Shown: positions 11,611 to 22,509, numbered from the stretch's first letter. The stretch: DNA of 64,000 nt from an uncultured candidate division Zixibacteria bacterium (GCA_963702205.1 OY969724.1:1440001-1504000), one strand, 5' to 3'. Translations and numbers: made by a program. The notes: generated by a model not told the origin, from the sequence alone.

Positions 11611-13011
11611 TTACCGGTCGTCGGGATTAACTGTCATATCGTGCAGGTTGAGCGCCTTTTCGAGCGTCTTGTCATCGGCCACTTTCTGCTCGTGAGCCAG
11701 TTCACGGACCGTCTTTTTTTTCTGATACGCCTGCTGCGCCAGCTTGGCGGCGTGATGGTACCCGATCAACGGATTCAACGCCGTCGCCAGGGCGGTCGAC
11801 TTCTCGGCGTACTCGGCACAAATATTTTCATCGGCCTGCAAGCCTTCGACACACCGCTCGCGGAACGAATTCATTCCGCCCGTCAGTATGTCGATTTCCA
11901 GGAGCACATTATATCCAATTACCGGCATCATGACATTCAAATCGAGCTGACCGCCGTGCGCCGCGTGCAGGATAGTTGTGTCGCACCCGAAGACATGGCT
12001 GCACACCATATTAAGCATTTCAGCCATGACCGGATTGACTTTTCCGGGCATGATCGACGACCCCGGCTGCACCGCCGGGAGCTTCAGCTCCATAAGGCCG
12101 GTCAGCGGTCCCGATCCGAGGAGCCTTACGTCATCGGCTATTTTCTTCAGCCCGGTGGCCAGCACCCGCAGCGTCCCGGAAAATTCCACTATGGCATCGA
12201 ATGACGTCATTGCTTCGAACATATTGTCCGGCGTCTGGAAATTCAGGCCGGTCAGATCGTTGATATTTTTAGTGATGTACTTACGGTATTTCGGAGGCGT
12301 GTTCAACCCGGTCCCGACCGCCGAGCCGCCGAGGGCCAGCTCTCTGACCGATTCCAATGCCCGTTCGATGCGCTTTCGATCGTTGCGCATCATGGTGGCG
12401 TAGGCCGAAAATTCCTGTCCAAGGCGGATCGGCACGGCATCCTGAAGATGCGTTCGGCCGCATTTGACAATATGATCAAACTCCCCGGCTTTCTGACTCA
12501 AGGCCTTTTCCATGTTTTCCAATGCCGGTAGAAGTTTCTTGTGGGCCTGCTCGGCCGCCGCAATATGAATCGCCGCGTGAATCGTGTCGTTGGTGGACTG
12601 GCCCATATTAACATGGTCGTTGGGGTGCACGAACTTGTACTCACCGAACGCGCCACCCAGTATTTCGTTGGCCCGGTTGGCGAGGACTTCGTTTACGTTC
12701 ATGTTCTGCGACGTGCCCGCTCCGGCCTGGAAAACATCGAGCACGAACTGGTCGGCCAGCTTGCCGTCCAGGACTTCATCGGCCGCCTCCACAATGGCGT
12801 CAGACAGTTTTTTGTCGAGAATTCCGGCTTTATTATTGGCCAGGGCCGCCGAACGCTTTATTATCGCCTGCGCCCGGATGAAGCCGGGTTGGAACGTAAT
12901 TCCGCTGACTTTGAAATTCTCGACTGCTCGCATCGTTTGCGCGCCGTAATACGCTCCGGCCGGTACTTTAACTTCCCCCAGTGTATCTATTTCCGTGCGA
13001 TATTCGTTCAT
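11611..13011 (-). CDS. Class II fumarate hydratase / aspartate ammonia-lyase family
   Basis: GSSIMPGKVNP signature, GRTHLQDA, HPNDHVN; fumC versus aspA not resolvable by eye. Confidence 0.9.
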   Translation of the reverse strand: MNEYRTEIDTLGEVKVPAGAYYGAQTMRAVENFKVSGITFQPGFIRAQAIIKRSAALANNKAGILDKKLSDAIVEAADEVLDGKLADQFVLDVFQAGAGTSQNMNVNEVLANRANEILGGAFGEYKFVHPNDHVNMGQSTNDTIHAAIHIAAAEQAHKKLLPALENMEKALSQKAGEFDHIVKCGRTHLQDAVPIRLGQEFSAYATMMRNDRKRIERALESVRELALGGSAVGTGLNTPPKYRKYITKNINDLTGLNFQTPDNMFEAMTSFDAIVEFSGTLRVLATGLKKIADDVRLLGSGPLTGLMELKLPAVQPGSSIMPGKVNPVMAEMLNMVCSHVFGCDTTILHAAHGGQLDLNVMMPVIGYNVLLEIDILTGGMNSFRERCVEGLQADENICAEYAEKSTALATALNPLIGYHHAAKLAQQAYQKKKTVRELAHEQKVADDKTLEKALNLHDMTVNPDDR

Positions 13012-13169
13012 ATAAACCTCCGCCAGAATATTTTTATAAATCCCTTAACGACACATTTCTAAATCGGTTCCCCTGGCATACTCATCCAAACGTCCCGGGG
13101 ATTAGTATGATATTGTGATTGAAGCTTAAAGAGAGAATGGAATCAATATTAAAATTTGGGGCCAAAATG

Positions 13170-13541
13170 TCAGGTTGATGTTTTGGTCAGGTGCTTTTCC
13201 AGCTTGGCCTGAATGTCACGCGGATTAAATGGTTTTATGAGGTAATCGTTGGCACCGGCCCGTATGGCTTCGAGGACCTTTGCTTTTTCTCCCTCGGTGG
13301 AAATCATTATGACCGGTAGTTTGTATCCGTCGGCCCGCATCTTTTTAATGGCATGCAGGCCACCCATGACCGGCATGCGCGAGTCCATCAGGACAAGGCC
13401 GATATCGGAATCAATAGAAATTTTTTCCAAAGCTTCCTGACCGTTGTTGGCTTCTATGATATCGTTAATGCCCATTCTTTTCAGGGCACCGATCAGGACC
13501 TTACGCATTAGCTGTGAATCATCTACTATTAAAATGCGCAT
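13170..13541 (-). CDS. CheY-like single-domain response regulator
   Basis: ILIVDDS, LMD phosphoacceptor, KPF. Confidence 0.88.
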   Translation of the reverse strand: MRILIVDDSQLMRKVLIGALKRMGINDIIEANNGQEALEKISIDSDIGLVLMDSRMPVMGGLHAIKKMRADGYKLPVIMISTEGEKAKVLEAIRAGANDYLIKPFNPRDIQAKLEKHLTKTST

Positions 13542-13604
13542 GTGCTCCAAGCCTCCAAATGTCGACACAGCGGGGATTTCGGCAGGGACTCCCCGATCTA
13601 TGGG

Positions 13605-15074
13605 CTACGTCTCCAATTCTTTCCCTTTTTCCTCATCCGATGTCACCGCGATCTGAAGTGTCCCCGGGTCGATCCGTGCTTTCAGAGGACCCTTAAGAGC
13701 ATGCTGGACAATATACGAGGAATCGTATAGTCTTAATGCAACGCCAGGATAAACCAGGCCTGAAATTTTTATGTAAGCGCTTTTATCGAGAACCATTTCG
13801 CGATGAATCCTCTGGGCTTCTTCGGTTTCGGACTTTTCCAGTTCCAGATAGTCGTTCAGTTCTATCGTAAGTTCCACCAGATGGCGCTTTTGGTCGGCCG
13901 TGAGAATCAGTCTTATCTGTTCGAGCTTCCGCTTGGCGCAGTTCAATATTTTGGCGGCGTCGCGGATTTCTTTTATTTTCTGCTTGCACTCTTCAAGTTT
14001 TTCATATTCGGCGTAGTCGACCCCGGCGATCAGGACGGTTTTGGTATCGGCTTTGGAACCCGCCTCTTCGGCCTCGATCGCTTTGGCGGCTATAATTTCT
14101 CCGCCGATTATTCTCCCCGACCCACAGATTACCTCGCCGCGCGATTTGATATGACACTGGTATATCTCCCGGTTGGCGGTTATGTTGCCGTCGCAGACGA
14201 CCGAGGCGTTCAGGATGTACTTCGTTACGATATCGCCCTTGACGTGGATTTTCTTCTCGTGGCTGCTGTTGATGCCTTCCACCGCCACCAGGTTCCCGCC
14301 GCAGTTAACATCAGCTGCGAGCACGACACCCTTGACTTCGATATTTCCGGTAGCCGAGACCTTGAATTCTGACTCAATGTCGCCGCCGACAAGGACCTGA
14401 CCGCGATGATCGACATTCCCTGAAGCCGTCCCGACGCCATCGCGAAGATTCAGGACCTCGTCGACATCCACCTTTTTCCCGGTCAGCTTAACCTGGCCCT
14501 CAGTTTTGGCTCGAAAACCGCTGTCTCTTTCGCTCCAATAGACGTTATGACCTGCTTGGAGGGTTGACTTTCTGGCAGATGCCACATTAATTTTTCGGCC
14601 GGTTACATCGGATCCGGGTTTGCCTTCGACCGGAGGATGAATCACGACCAGCAGCTGGTCTTTTTCGACCGTCGGCTGACTGGCTTTCTGGCGGAAATCG
14701 ATGCGTCTCGAAACCGGGTCGATGAAATATCCTGGCGTGAAAAAATTCCCCTGCCATTCGATTTTGGCGTCATGCGATTCTTCCGGCGGGACACCTTCGA
14801 TTAGAGTAATCTCGGCCGATTCGGCCCCCGGCGGGTAATGTTCCGCAATCAACTGAATAATAGATAACGGTTCGGGAATTTTGGCTATGCCCATGGCCTT
14901 GAGGCGTTGCACGACCTCTTCACCCAACCCGTCACGTTCGATATCGGCCGAATTGCAAATGAGTGAGACTTTCATCCGATCCTCGCTTAGGGACAGACGG
15001 ACATTCTGCCACTCGCTGTCGGGATCGTGCTTCAAATCATGGTTTGCTTGTCGTTCGGTGATATCGTCACTCAT
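13605..15074 (-). CDS. DUF342 / FapA family protein
   Basis: G.PP....DA, G.PG.DVTG, SGNVDHRG.V.V.GDI, IIGG..A, coiled coil, VYPGV. Confidence 0.85.
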   Translation of the reverse strand: MSDDITERQANHDLKHDPDSEWQNVRLSLSEDRMKVSLICNSADIERDGLGEEVVQRLKAMGIAKIPEPLSIIQLIAEHYPPGAESAEITLIEGVPPEESHDAKIEWQGNFFTPGYFIDPVSRRIDFRQKASQPTVEKDQLLVVIHPPVEGKPGSDVTGRKINVASARKSTLQAGHNVYWSERDSGFRAKTEGQVKLTGKKVDVDEVLNLRDGVGTASGNVDHRGQVLVGGDIESEFKVSATGNIEVKGVVLAADVNCGGNLVAVEGINSSHEKKIHVKGDIVTKYILNASVVCDGNITANREIYQCHIKSRGEVICGSGRIIGGEIIAAKAIEAEEAGSKADTKTVLIAGVDYAEYEKLEECKQKIKEIRDAAKILNCAKRKLEQIRLILTADQKRHLVELTIELNDYLELEKSETEEAQRIHREMVLDKSAYIKISGLVYPGVALRLYDSSYIVQHALKGPLKARIDPGTLQIAVTSDEEKGKELET

Positions 15075-15156
15075 AGCGGTAAATCTCGCAAATATATATT
15101 TTCAAAAGCCACCCGATGCAGGACAAATCCAATATGGCACTTTGGCCATACTTTAA

Positions 15157-15183
15157 TTATCGGCAATGATACGCAAAGACTTA
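15157..15183 (-). promoter_or_regulatory. Sigma28 (FliA/SigD)-type promoter
   Basis: Minus strand TAAG-N15-GCCGATAA upstream of the fapA-cheY pair. Confidence 0.75.
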
Positions 15184-15289
15184 TGCCGCTTATATATCAA
15201 AAATCATGAATTTTATAAGAACAATTCGGGACAATTCGGGTTGTAAAAATCAATAAAATCTAAAACATTGACGGAGAAGACCTTTTAAC

Positions 15290-16468
15290 ATGACTGAAGA
15301 AATTAAAACGAAATTGATAATCGGTGTTCCACGGGAGACATTTGGTGGTGAAAACCGTGTCGCCCTGGTGCCCGACACTATCCCGCCTTTGGCAAAAGCG
15401 GGGCTGGAGGTTATGGTCGAAAAAGAGGCCGGGACTGCCGCCGGTTTCGACGACCGCGCCTATACCGACAAGGGTGGTAAGATCGCCGACAGCCGCGCCG
15501 ATCTTTTTGCCAAAGCCGATGTAATTTTGCAGGTTCGCGGTTACGGGGCCAATCCCGAGCTCGGCAAAGACGACCTGTCCAAACTGAAAAAGGACCAGAC
15601 GGTTATCGGATTTTTCGAGCCGCTCAGCGAACCGAATCTGATTAAGGAAATCGGGGAGAAGGGTGTAAAAACTTTCTCGATGGAATTGATTCCGAGAATT
15701 ACCCGCGCCCAGTCGATGGACGCGCTTTCTTCGATGGCCAACATCGCCGGATACAAAGCTGTACTTATGGCCGCCGAATATCTGCCGCGCATGTTCCCGA
15801 TGATGATGACCGCGGCCGGGACGATAGCTCCCGCGCGGGTGTTCATTGTCGGGGCCGGTGTGGCGGGGCTTCAGGCGATAGCCACGGCCAAGCGGCTGGG
15901 GGCGGTAGTCCGGGCCTACGACATCCGTCCGGCCGTCAAAGAGCAGGTGGAATCGCTCGGCGGTAAATTCGTCCAGATGGAGCTCGAAACCGGCGACTCC
16001 GAGGACAAGGGCGGTTATGCCAAAGAAATGAACGAAGAGTTCTATCGTAAACAGCGCGAGATGATGGCGAAAGTCGTCGCCGAAAGCGACGTCGTCATCA
16101 CGACCGCCGCCGTGCCGGGCAAGAAAGCCCCGATTTTGATCACCGGCGAGATGGTTAAAAAAATGCCGCTGGGCTCGATCGTCATCGACCTTGCCGCCGA
16201 ACGCGGCGGCAATTGCGACCTCACCAAGCCGGGACAGATCATCACCGAGGGCGGCATTAAGATCGTCGGACCGCTCAATATGCCATCGGAAGTGGCGTAT
16301 CACGCCAGCCAGATGTATGCCAAAAACATCTCGACGTTTCTGTTGCACCTGGTCAAAGACGGTCAACTGAACATAGATATGGATGATGAAATAACGCGCG
16401 AAACCCTGCTGACCCGCGACGGTTCAATCGTCAATCCCCGGGTGCAGGAACTTCTCGCGGCTTCTTAA
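15290..16468 (+). CDS. pntAA: NAD(P) transhydrogenase alpha subunit part 1
   Basis: ENRVALVP, RAQSMDALSSMANIAGYKAV, GAGVAG. Confidence 0.96.
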   Translation: MTEEIKTKLIIGVPRETFGGENRVALVPDTIPPLAKAGLEVMVEKEAGTAAGFDDRAYTDKGGKIADSRADLFAKADVILQVRGYGANPELGKDDLSKLKKDQTVIGFFEPLSEPNLIKEIGEKGVKTFSMELIPRITRAQSMDALSSMANIAGYKAVLMAAEYLPRMFPMMMTAAGTIAPARVFIVGAGVAGLQAIATAKRLGAVVRAYDIRPAVKEQVESLGGKFVQMELETGDSEDKGGYAKEMNEEFYRKQREMMAKVVAESDVVITTAAVPGKKAPILITGEMVKKMPLGSIVIDLAAERGGNCDLTKPGQIITEGGIKIVGPLNMPSEVAYHASQMYAKNISTFLLHLVKDGQLNIDMDDEITRETLLTRDGSIVNPRVQELLAAS

Positions 16469-16489
16469 TAGGTTGGAAAGGAGTCAATA

Positions 16490-16768
16490 ATGGACGGATT
16501 CGTAATGATCCTGACTATATTTGTACTGGCGATATTCGTCGGATTCGAAGTTATAACGAAGGTTCCCCCGACCCTTCATACACCGCTTATGTCAGGGTCC
16601 AATGCCATTTCGGGAATCACGATAGTCGGTGCTATTTTAAGCGCCGGGACGAAACACACGGAGCTGACAACCTGGCTGGGACTGGCCGCGATGGTTTTCG
16701 CGACGATCAACGTCGTCGGTGGCTTTCTGGTCACCCATCGTATGCTGAAAATGTTCAGGAAAAAATAA
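16490..16768 (+). CDS. pntAB: NAD(P) transhydrogenase alpha subunit part 2
   Basis: LHTPLMSGSNAISG, GGFLVTHRML. Confidence 0.95.
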   Translation: MDGFVMILTIFVLAIFVGFEVITKVPPTLHTPLMSGSNAISGITIVGAILSAGTKHTELTTWLGLAAMVFATINVVGGFLVTHRMLKMFRKK

Positions 16769-16785
16769 GGCGAGGGACTTAAACA

Positions 16786-18174
16786 ATGCTGTTATCAATT
16801 GTAAATATAGCTTATCTGATCGCGGCCGTCCTGTTCATACTCGGGCTTAAAGGACTGGCCCATCCGCGTACGGCCGTGCGGGGCAATCTTATGGGAGCGC
16901 TGGGTATGCTCCTCGCTATCGTCGTGACCCTGTTGGATCGTCACATCATAAGTTTTGAAATGATTATTATCGGGGCGGTTCTCGGTGCCCTTATCGGAGC
17001 CGTGCTGGCGGTCAAGATTCAGATGACCGCCATGCCGCAGATGGTAGCCGTATTCAACGGCTTCGGAGGCGGCGCCTCGGTCCTCGTGGCGGGCGCGGCG
17101 TTGATAGAAACTCTGATCGCGACCCATACTCCCGACATGCAGCTCACTATCGCGACCGTTGCGTCGGGCCTGATCGGGGCCGTCACGTTCTGGGGAAGTA
17201 TGGTGGCGTTCGGGAAACTCCAGGGAATCATCAGCGAGAATGCCGTCATCTATCCGGGACAGAAAACAATCAACGCCATTCTGGGGCTGATTGTTATCGG
17301 TTTTGGGGTGTGGCTGGTTATCGATCCGACTATTATAACGAATTACTGGATTCTGGTGGCGGTGTCATCGGTGCTGGGTATACTGCTGACCATACCGATC
17401 GGCGGCGCCGATATGCCGGTCGTTATCGCATTGTTGAACTCATACTCGGGACTGGCCGCCGCGGCGACCGGATTCGTGCTGAACAACAACGTCCTGATCA
17501 TCTCCGGCTCGCTGGTCGGCGCTTCGGGGATCATTCTTTCGAACATCATGTGCAAAGCCATGAACCGCTCCCTGACCAACGTCCTGTTCGGCGTCATGGG
17601 CCCGAGCGAGAGTGGGCCGTCGGCCGACGACGTTTACGCCGGTCGGGTTAAGGCCACATCACCCGAAGAGGTCGCGATGCTTATGGACGGGGCGCAGAAA
17701 GTCGCGATCGTGCCGGGTTACGGTATGGCCGTGGCGCAGGCGCAGCACGCCGTCCGCGACCTGACCAACCTGCTCAACTCCAAAGGTATCGATGTCGTTT
17801 TCGGCATTCATCCGGTGGCCGGGCGTATGCCCGGTCATATGAACGTACTGTTAGCCGAGGCCAATATCCCCTATGATAAACTTCTGGAAATGGATACGAT
17901 TAATTCGGAGATGGATACGGTCGACGTGGCGATCGTGCTGGGTGCCAACGACGTGGTCAATCCCGTCGCGCGCACCGACCCGAAATCGCCCATTGCCGGG
18001 ATGCCGATAATCGACGTCGACAAAGCGCGGACCGTGGTCGTGATCAAGCGGTCGTTGTCGCCGGGTTTTGCGGGTATTCCCAATCCGCTGTTTGCACTGG
18101 ATAATTCATTGATGCTCTTCGCCGACGGCAAAAAAGCGATTTTGGATATAATCGCGGCGATAAAAGAGTCGTAA
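16786..18174 (+). CDS. pntB: NAD(P) transhydrogenase beta subunit
   Basis: GGADMPVVI, HPVAGRMPGHMNVLLAEA, GANDVVNP. Confidence 0.97.
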   Translation: MLLSIVNIAYLIAAVLFILGLKGLAHPRTAVRGNLMGALGMLLAIVVTLLDRHIISFEMIIIGAVLGALIGAVLAVKIQMTAMPQMVAVFNGFGGGASVLVAGAALIETLIATHTPDMQLTIATVASGLIGAVTFWGSMVAFGKLQGIISENAVIYPGQKTINAILGLIVIGFGVWLVIDPTIITNYWILVAVSSVLGILLTIPIGGADMPVVIALLNSYSGLAAAATGFVLNNNVLIISGSLVGASGIILSNIMCKAMNRSLTNVLFGVMGPSESGPSADDVYAGRVKATSPEEVAMLMDGAQKVAIVPGYGMAVAQAQHAVRDLTNLLNSKGIDVVFGIHPVAGRMPGHMNVLLAEANIPYDKLLEMDTINSEMDTVDVAIVLGANDVVNPVARTDPKSPIAGMPIIDVDKARTVVVIKRSLSPGFAGIPNPLFALDNSLMLFADGKKAILDIIAAIKES

Positions 18175-18819
18175 TAGAATTAGTTGAGAATTCTTTCGTA
18201 GGGCAGGACCCGAGCGTAGCGACGCGGTCCTGCCTTTTAACTGCAATTTATTTGTTATTAAAGCCTCTTATTGACATATCCCGCCAATCTTGCAAGATTT
18301 CTAACGATAATTTTAGATATATGTTTTATTATATGATTTCTCCGCATAATTATGACTAATTTGGGGCCTGTTTTATAATAGCAATCGATTAGAAATCGGC
18401 CAACTGCATATCTGTCAAGAAAATTGTCCCGGAAATATGTCAATTCATTATATTCAACTGATCCTTTGCCAAATAATGCCGTAGCGACGAAACAGATTCC
18501 GCCGCCTTTAGGTTCAGGAATAGGTTCTGGAAGCTGAATGTCATCAAGCGAATTAATTTCCAAGAATTGCCGTACCAGATTTTGATCATCCAAAGACAGT
18601 TTTAAAATAAGTTTGGAGTCGATTTTCAGTTCTTGAAGTTGACTTGCTAAGAAGAAAAATCCCAGCGTTACAGTAGTCCCCGCATAAATAACTCCTTTTG
18701 AGAAATATTCTGACCATCTGGAGCAGGCTTCAATTTGGCGGTGTTCGGGAGTGATAAAATCGGGCAAAAAGACGTTGAGATTTATTTTTAACGTCAACAA
18801 GTAATGCGCTTACATTTTT

Positions 18820-20137
18820 GCGCGTGTAAATATTTTTGTGTAAGTGGCCATGACGTATATATAGTTGAAGGAGGTATATCATGGCCAAGAAACGTGACGA
18901 AGCTGACAAACTGATCGACGAGATGATCGCCGGCAAGACGCCGGAAGAGATAGTGGGTGAGGGCGGTCTTCTGCAGGCGCTCACGAAACGGGTGTATGAG
19001 CGCGCCCTCGCAGGTGAGATGACGCATCACTTGGGCTATCCGCCCAATGCTCCCGAAGGCAAAAACAGCGGCAACTCTCGCAACGGCAAAACCAGCAAGA
19101 CGGTCAAGACCGGGTCGGCAGATGTTACGCTGGAGATTCCGCGGGACCGGAACGGCGAGTTCGAGCCGCAGTTGGTTAAAAAGCACCAGCGGCGCCTGCC
19201 CGGTTTCGACGACAAGGTGTTGGCGCTGTACGCTCGGGGTTTGACGACGCGGGATATCCAGGGTCATCTTGAGGAGATGTACCAGTCGGAGGTTTCCCCG
19301 GCCTTGATTTCGGCGGTGACGGACGCCGTGCTTCAGGAGGTGACGGTGTGGCAGAGTCGGCCGCTGGAGGCGGTCTACCCGATCGTCTATCTGGACGCCA
19401 TCCACCTGAAGCTTCGTCAGAGCGGCCAGGTCAAAAACCAGGCGGTCTATTTGGCCTTGGGGATCACGCCGGAGGGTTACAAGGAACTCTTGGGTTTGTG
19501 GGTCGGCGATCAGGAGGGTTCGAAGTTCTGGCTGTCGGTGCTGACGGAGCTTAAGAACCGGGGCGTTCGGGACATCCTGATTGCCTGTGTCGATGGTCTG
19601 ACGGGGTTCCCTGATGCGATTGAGACGGCCTTTCCGCAGACCCAGGTGCAGTTATGTCTCGTGCACATGGTGCGCAACTCGCTGAAGTATGTCGGTTGGA
19701 AAGAGCGCAAGGCGGTCGCGGCCGATCTCAAGACGATCTACTCGGCGCCCAACGAAGAAGCCGCCGAGCAGGCCCTGACGGCGTTCGAGGCCACATACCG
19801 GGACCGTTTCCCGCAGATCGCCCGCTCATGGCGGTCCTGCTGGATGAACATCATCCCGTTTTTTAGCTACCCCAAAGAGATTCGAAAGGTTATCTATACG
19901 ACCAACGCCATCGAGTCGATGAATGCTCAGTTGCGCAAGGTGACGCGGAATCGCGGCTCGTTCCCGACGGTGGAATCAGTCAGAAAGGTGATCTACCTGG
20001 CGATACAAAGAATCTCGAAAAAATGGAAGCGTCCGATCAAGGACTGGGTGGCGGCCCTTAATCACTTCTGCATCGTCTTCGAGGGAAGGATCGAAAACAC
20101 ATGAACCGGCCGCTTACACAAAATTCCGTACACTCCC
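18820..20137 (+). mobile_element. IS256-family insertion sequence, complete
   Basis: 30-bp imperfect inverted repeats (23/30) and 8-bp direct repeat ACATTTTT at 18812-18819 and 20138-20145. Confidence 0.95.
18881..20104 (+). CDS. IS256-family transposase
   Basis: NSRNG, PRDRNGEFEP, YLDA, DGLTGF, QLCLVH, YTTNAIES. Confidence 0.97.
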   Translation: MAKKRDEADKLIDEMIAGKTPEEIVGEGGLLQALTKRVYERALAGEMTHHLGYPPNAPEGKNSGNSRNGKTSKTVKTGSADVTLEIPRDRNGEFEPQLVKKHQRRLPGFDDKVLALYARGLTTRDIQGHLEEMYQSEVSPALISAVTDAVLQEVTVWQSRPLEAVYPIVYLDAIHLKLRQSGQVKNQAVYLALGITPEGYKELLGLWVGDQEGSKFWLSVLTELKNRGVRDILIACVDGLTGFPDAIETAFPQTQVQLCLVHMVRNSLKYVGWKERKAVAADLKTIYSAPNEEAAEQALTAFEATYRDRFPQIARSWRSCWMNIIPFFSYPKEIRKVIYTTNAIESMNAQLRKVTRNRGSFPTVESVRKVIYLAIQRISKKWKRPIKDWVAALNHFCIVFEGRIENT

Positions 20138-21001
20138 ACATTTTTTTGATTTTTCCCAGCAGTTGCCAAACCTGTTATAAACCTAGTGATCCTAAAGTCA
20201 AATATATCATTAATATATTGATATTCCAAATCATTATCCATATTATTTGTCATATGCTGTGAGTTTCCTTCCTCGATTTGATTTCTAAAATATGTATAAT
20301 AATCTGTACCATCGAAATATGTATCACATAATAGTTTCAGCAAATCATACCAATCCCAATATAACACACCCGCAGCATTACATAATTTAATTGCTTGAGA
20401 TGTAAATGATGATGTTGTAATCATCATTGCTCTATTAGCGTTATAATATTCCTTCGATCCCAATACTTGATTGACGTCTTTAACACCTACTCTATTATTT
20501 TCTGCATATCTTTTAATCTGAACAACCGTTGGACTTTCATCTTTGTACAATATTAGATCTGCTCCAAAATCTCCGGAATATTTAGTTTGTTCAACATCGA
20601 ATTCATTATCGCGAAAGACTTGGCATATAAAATCCTCAAAATCTTGAGGCGAAAAATCCTGAAATCTCTTAGGAATTGCCGAATATAAAATCTGAGGTAT
20701 ATTGACCTTTGCGAAATCCATGGTTAAACCACGAAATGCCTTATTCCCATTGGCGTTTGAATTAGCCCAGTGAATAGATTGTTTTCAACTATGATACACT
20801 ACGCTTTGTCCAAAATCAAGCCCATAATGATACTTGCTTTGACAGCGGCGTTAGGAATACCTGTCCGGCGATATTAAATTTTTGTAGGTCTGATTCTGAT
20901 GAAGTCAACCTAATATTATTCTCAATCCAAAATTCCCTTGCGCAAGTTTTTCTAATCTTTTACATTGGAATAGTTCTTTAATTTCTAAAAGGAGGGCAAT
21001 C

Positions 21002-21760
21002 ATGAAAAAGGTTTTTGTATTACTGTTTGTGTTAGTCTGCATTTCCAAGGCTCATTGTGGTGTCGCGCTTCCAATAAACTGGAAACGTTTAACATGCAAA
21101 GTTACGACTATCGATTCTATTGGCACAGCATTTGTGTTGCGTTACAAAGACGATGTATTTATTGTTTCAAATCGGCATGTTGTAACTCCCGGGGTATCCG
21201 TTTTTCATTTGAACAGCCACAATGTCGATTCGTCAGGTAATCATATCCCTATAAATTTTATACCTGATTCAGCTGCGTGCTTTTTCGATGGCAAATATGA
21301 CCTTGCCTTTGTGCACATATCAAAGATACCTTTTTTGCCATCTTTATTCGACTTAGTTGTTGTGCCAGAATCATTAATAGGGGATGATTCTATGATTGTC
21401 GCCGGCAGGGACATTTTCTTTTTAGGTTACCCCAATGGAAAGGCAGGACAAACCCCGTCAATGCCGTTAGTCCGAAGCGGCATAATAGCTGGGGATTTCG
21501 AAGAACGAATTATTTTGGATGGTAATATCTTTGGCGGTAGCAGTGGAAGTCCATTATTTCTTGATTATAATCAAAAATTCCCACAGGGCGCTGATCGTCT
21601 TATAGGTATAATTTCAGGCTATTATACGATGCCAATAAAAAATAAACCTTCCATTATGGAAAACATGGGGATTGGGGTCGCAATTAAAATTAGTTATATT
21701 ATAAATACAATAGAAACTTGGCGAAAAGCGCATCCCAAAAGGCACGTAACAGATAAATAA
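21002..21760 (+). CDS. Secreted trypsin-like serine protease (AT-rich)
   Basis: Signal peptide; SNRHVV (His), DLA (Asp), GSSGSP (Ser). Confidence 0.82.
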   Translation: MKKVFVLLFVLVCISKAHCGVALPINWKRLTCKVTTIDSIGTAFVLRYKDDVFIVSNRHVVTPGVSVFHLNSHNVDSSGNHIPINFIPDSAACFFDGKYDLAFVHISKIPFLPSLFDLVVVPESLIGDDSMIVAGRDIFFLGYPNGKAGQTPSMPLVRSGIIAGDFEERIILDGNIFGGSSGSPLFLDYNQKFPQGADRLIGIISGYYTMPIKNKPSIMENMGIGVAIKISYIINTIETWRKAHPKRHVTDK

Positions 21761-21801
21761 TTTGCAAGAGTTGCATCTGCTATGAAATATGACGTTTTGA
21801 C

Positions 21802-22509
21802 TTACAACCCCAAATGAATCGCCACGCCGCACAATAAAATCGTCAGACCGGCCAAGGCGCGGGAATAACGGGTCAGCCGCGAAAAACTTATAACTTTCAG
21901 CCCGCTCAACAACATCATAACCGTAACGATCATCGTACTTATCGTCACGAAACTGAAAACCGATGCCACCAGTACCATGCCGGAAATACTACTCTGCGCC
22001 GCGGGATACATCAGAATCGGGATCAATGGCTCGCACGGGCCAAAAACGAAAATCAGAAAAATCACCCAGGGCGTGACACTTTTGGCATCGTCATCGGTGT
22101 GACTGTGGTCGTGGTCCGCGCCGTCGTGATGATGGTCGTGCTCGTGTTTGTGACCGAGACCGAACAGGTGGGTGTGGCCTTTGCCTTTATAGGCGTGACG
22201 GATGCCCCAGATCAGATAAACCAGTCCGAAAGCGGTCAGTGCCCAGGCGGCTATGTCACCGCGAAACGATTCCATCCCCTGTACTTTCGATATGGCGATG
22301 CCGAACAGGATGCCGATGATACCGATCACAACCGAGCTGAGCACGTGCCCCAGGCCGCAGAGAAAAGTAATGAAAATAGTCTTGGTGCTGGACCAGCTGC
22401 GGCTTTTGGACAGCGCCACGAACGGGATATAATGGTCCGGGCCCAAAATAGTATGAATAAAGCCGAGACCGGCGGCGGTGATAAGCAGAGTTTCAAGCGA
22501 TGTGTCCAA
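21802..22509 (-). CDS. His-rich Ni/Co transporter-like membrane protein (RcnA/UreH-like)
   Basis: HTILGPDH motif, HKHEHDHHHD loop, GPCEPLIP. Confidence 0.8.
   Translation of the reverse strand: MDTSLETLLITAAGLGFIHTILGPDHYIPFVALSKSRSWSSTKTIFITFLCGLGHVLSSVVIGIIGILFGIAISKVQGMESFRGDIAAWALTAFGLVYLIWGIRHAYKGKGHTHLFGLGHKHEHDHHHDGADHDHSHTDDDAKSVTPWVIFLIFVFGPCEPLIPILMYPAAQSSISGMVLVASVFSFVTISTMIVTVMMLLSGLKVISFSRLTRYSRALAGLTILLCGVAIHLGL

Larger units (their letters stand above)
18258..20721 (-). pseudogene. Mrr-like restriction endonuclease fused to CFI-box-CTERM domain, interrupted by IS256
   Basis: 5' part: DFEDF..SGDFGADLI..VQIKRY..ITTSSFT; 3' part: GGGICFVATALFG..FRDNFL..GRFLIDCYYKTGP; frame continues across the IS after removing one target duplication. 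Confidence 0.75.
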
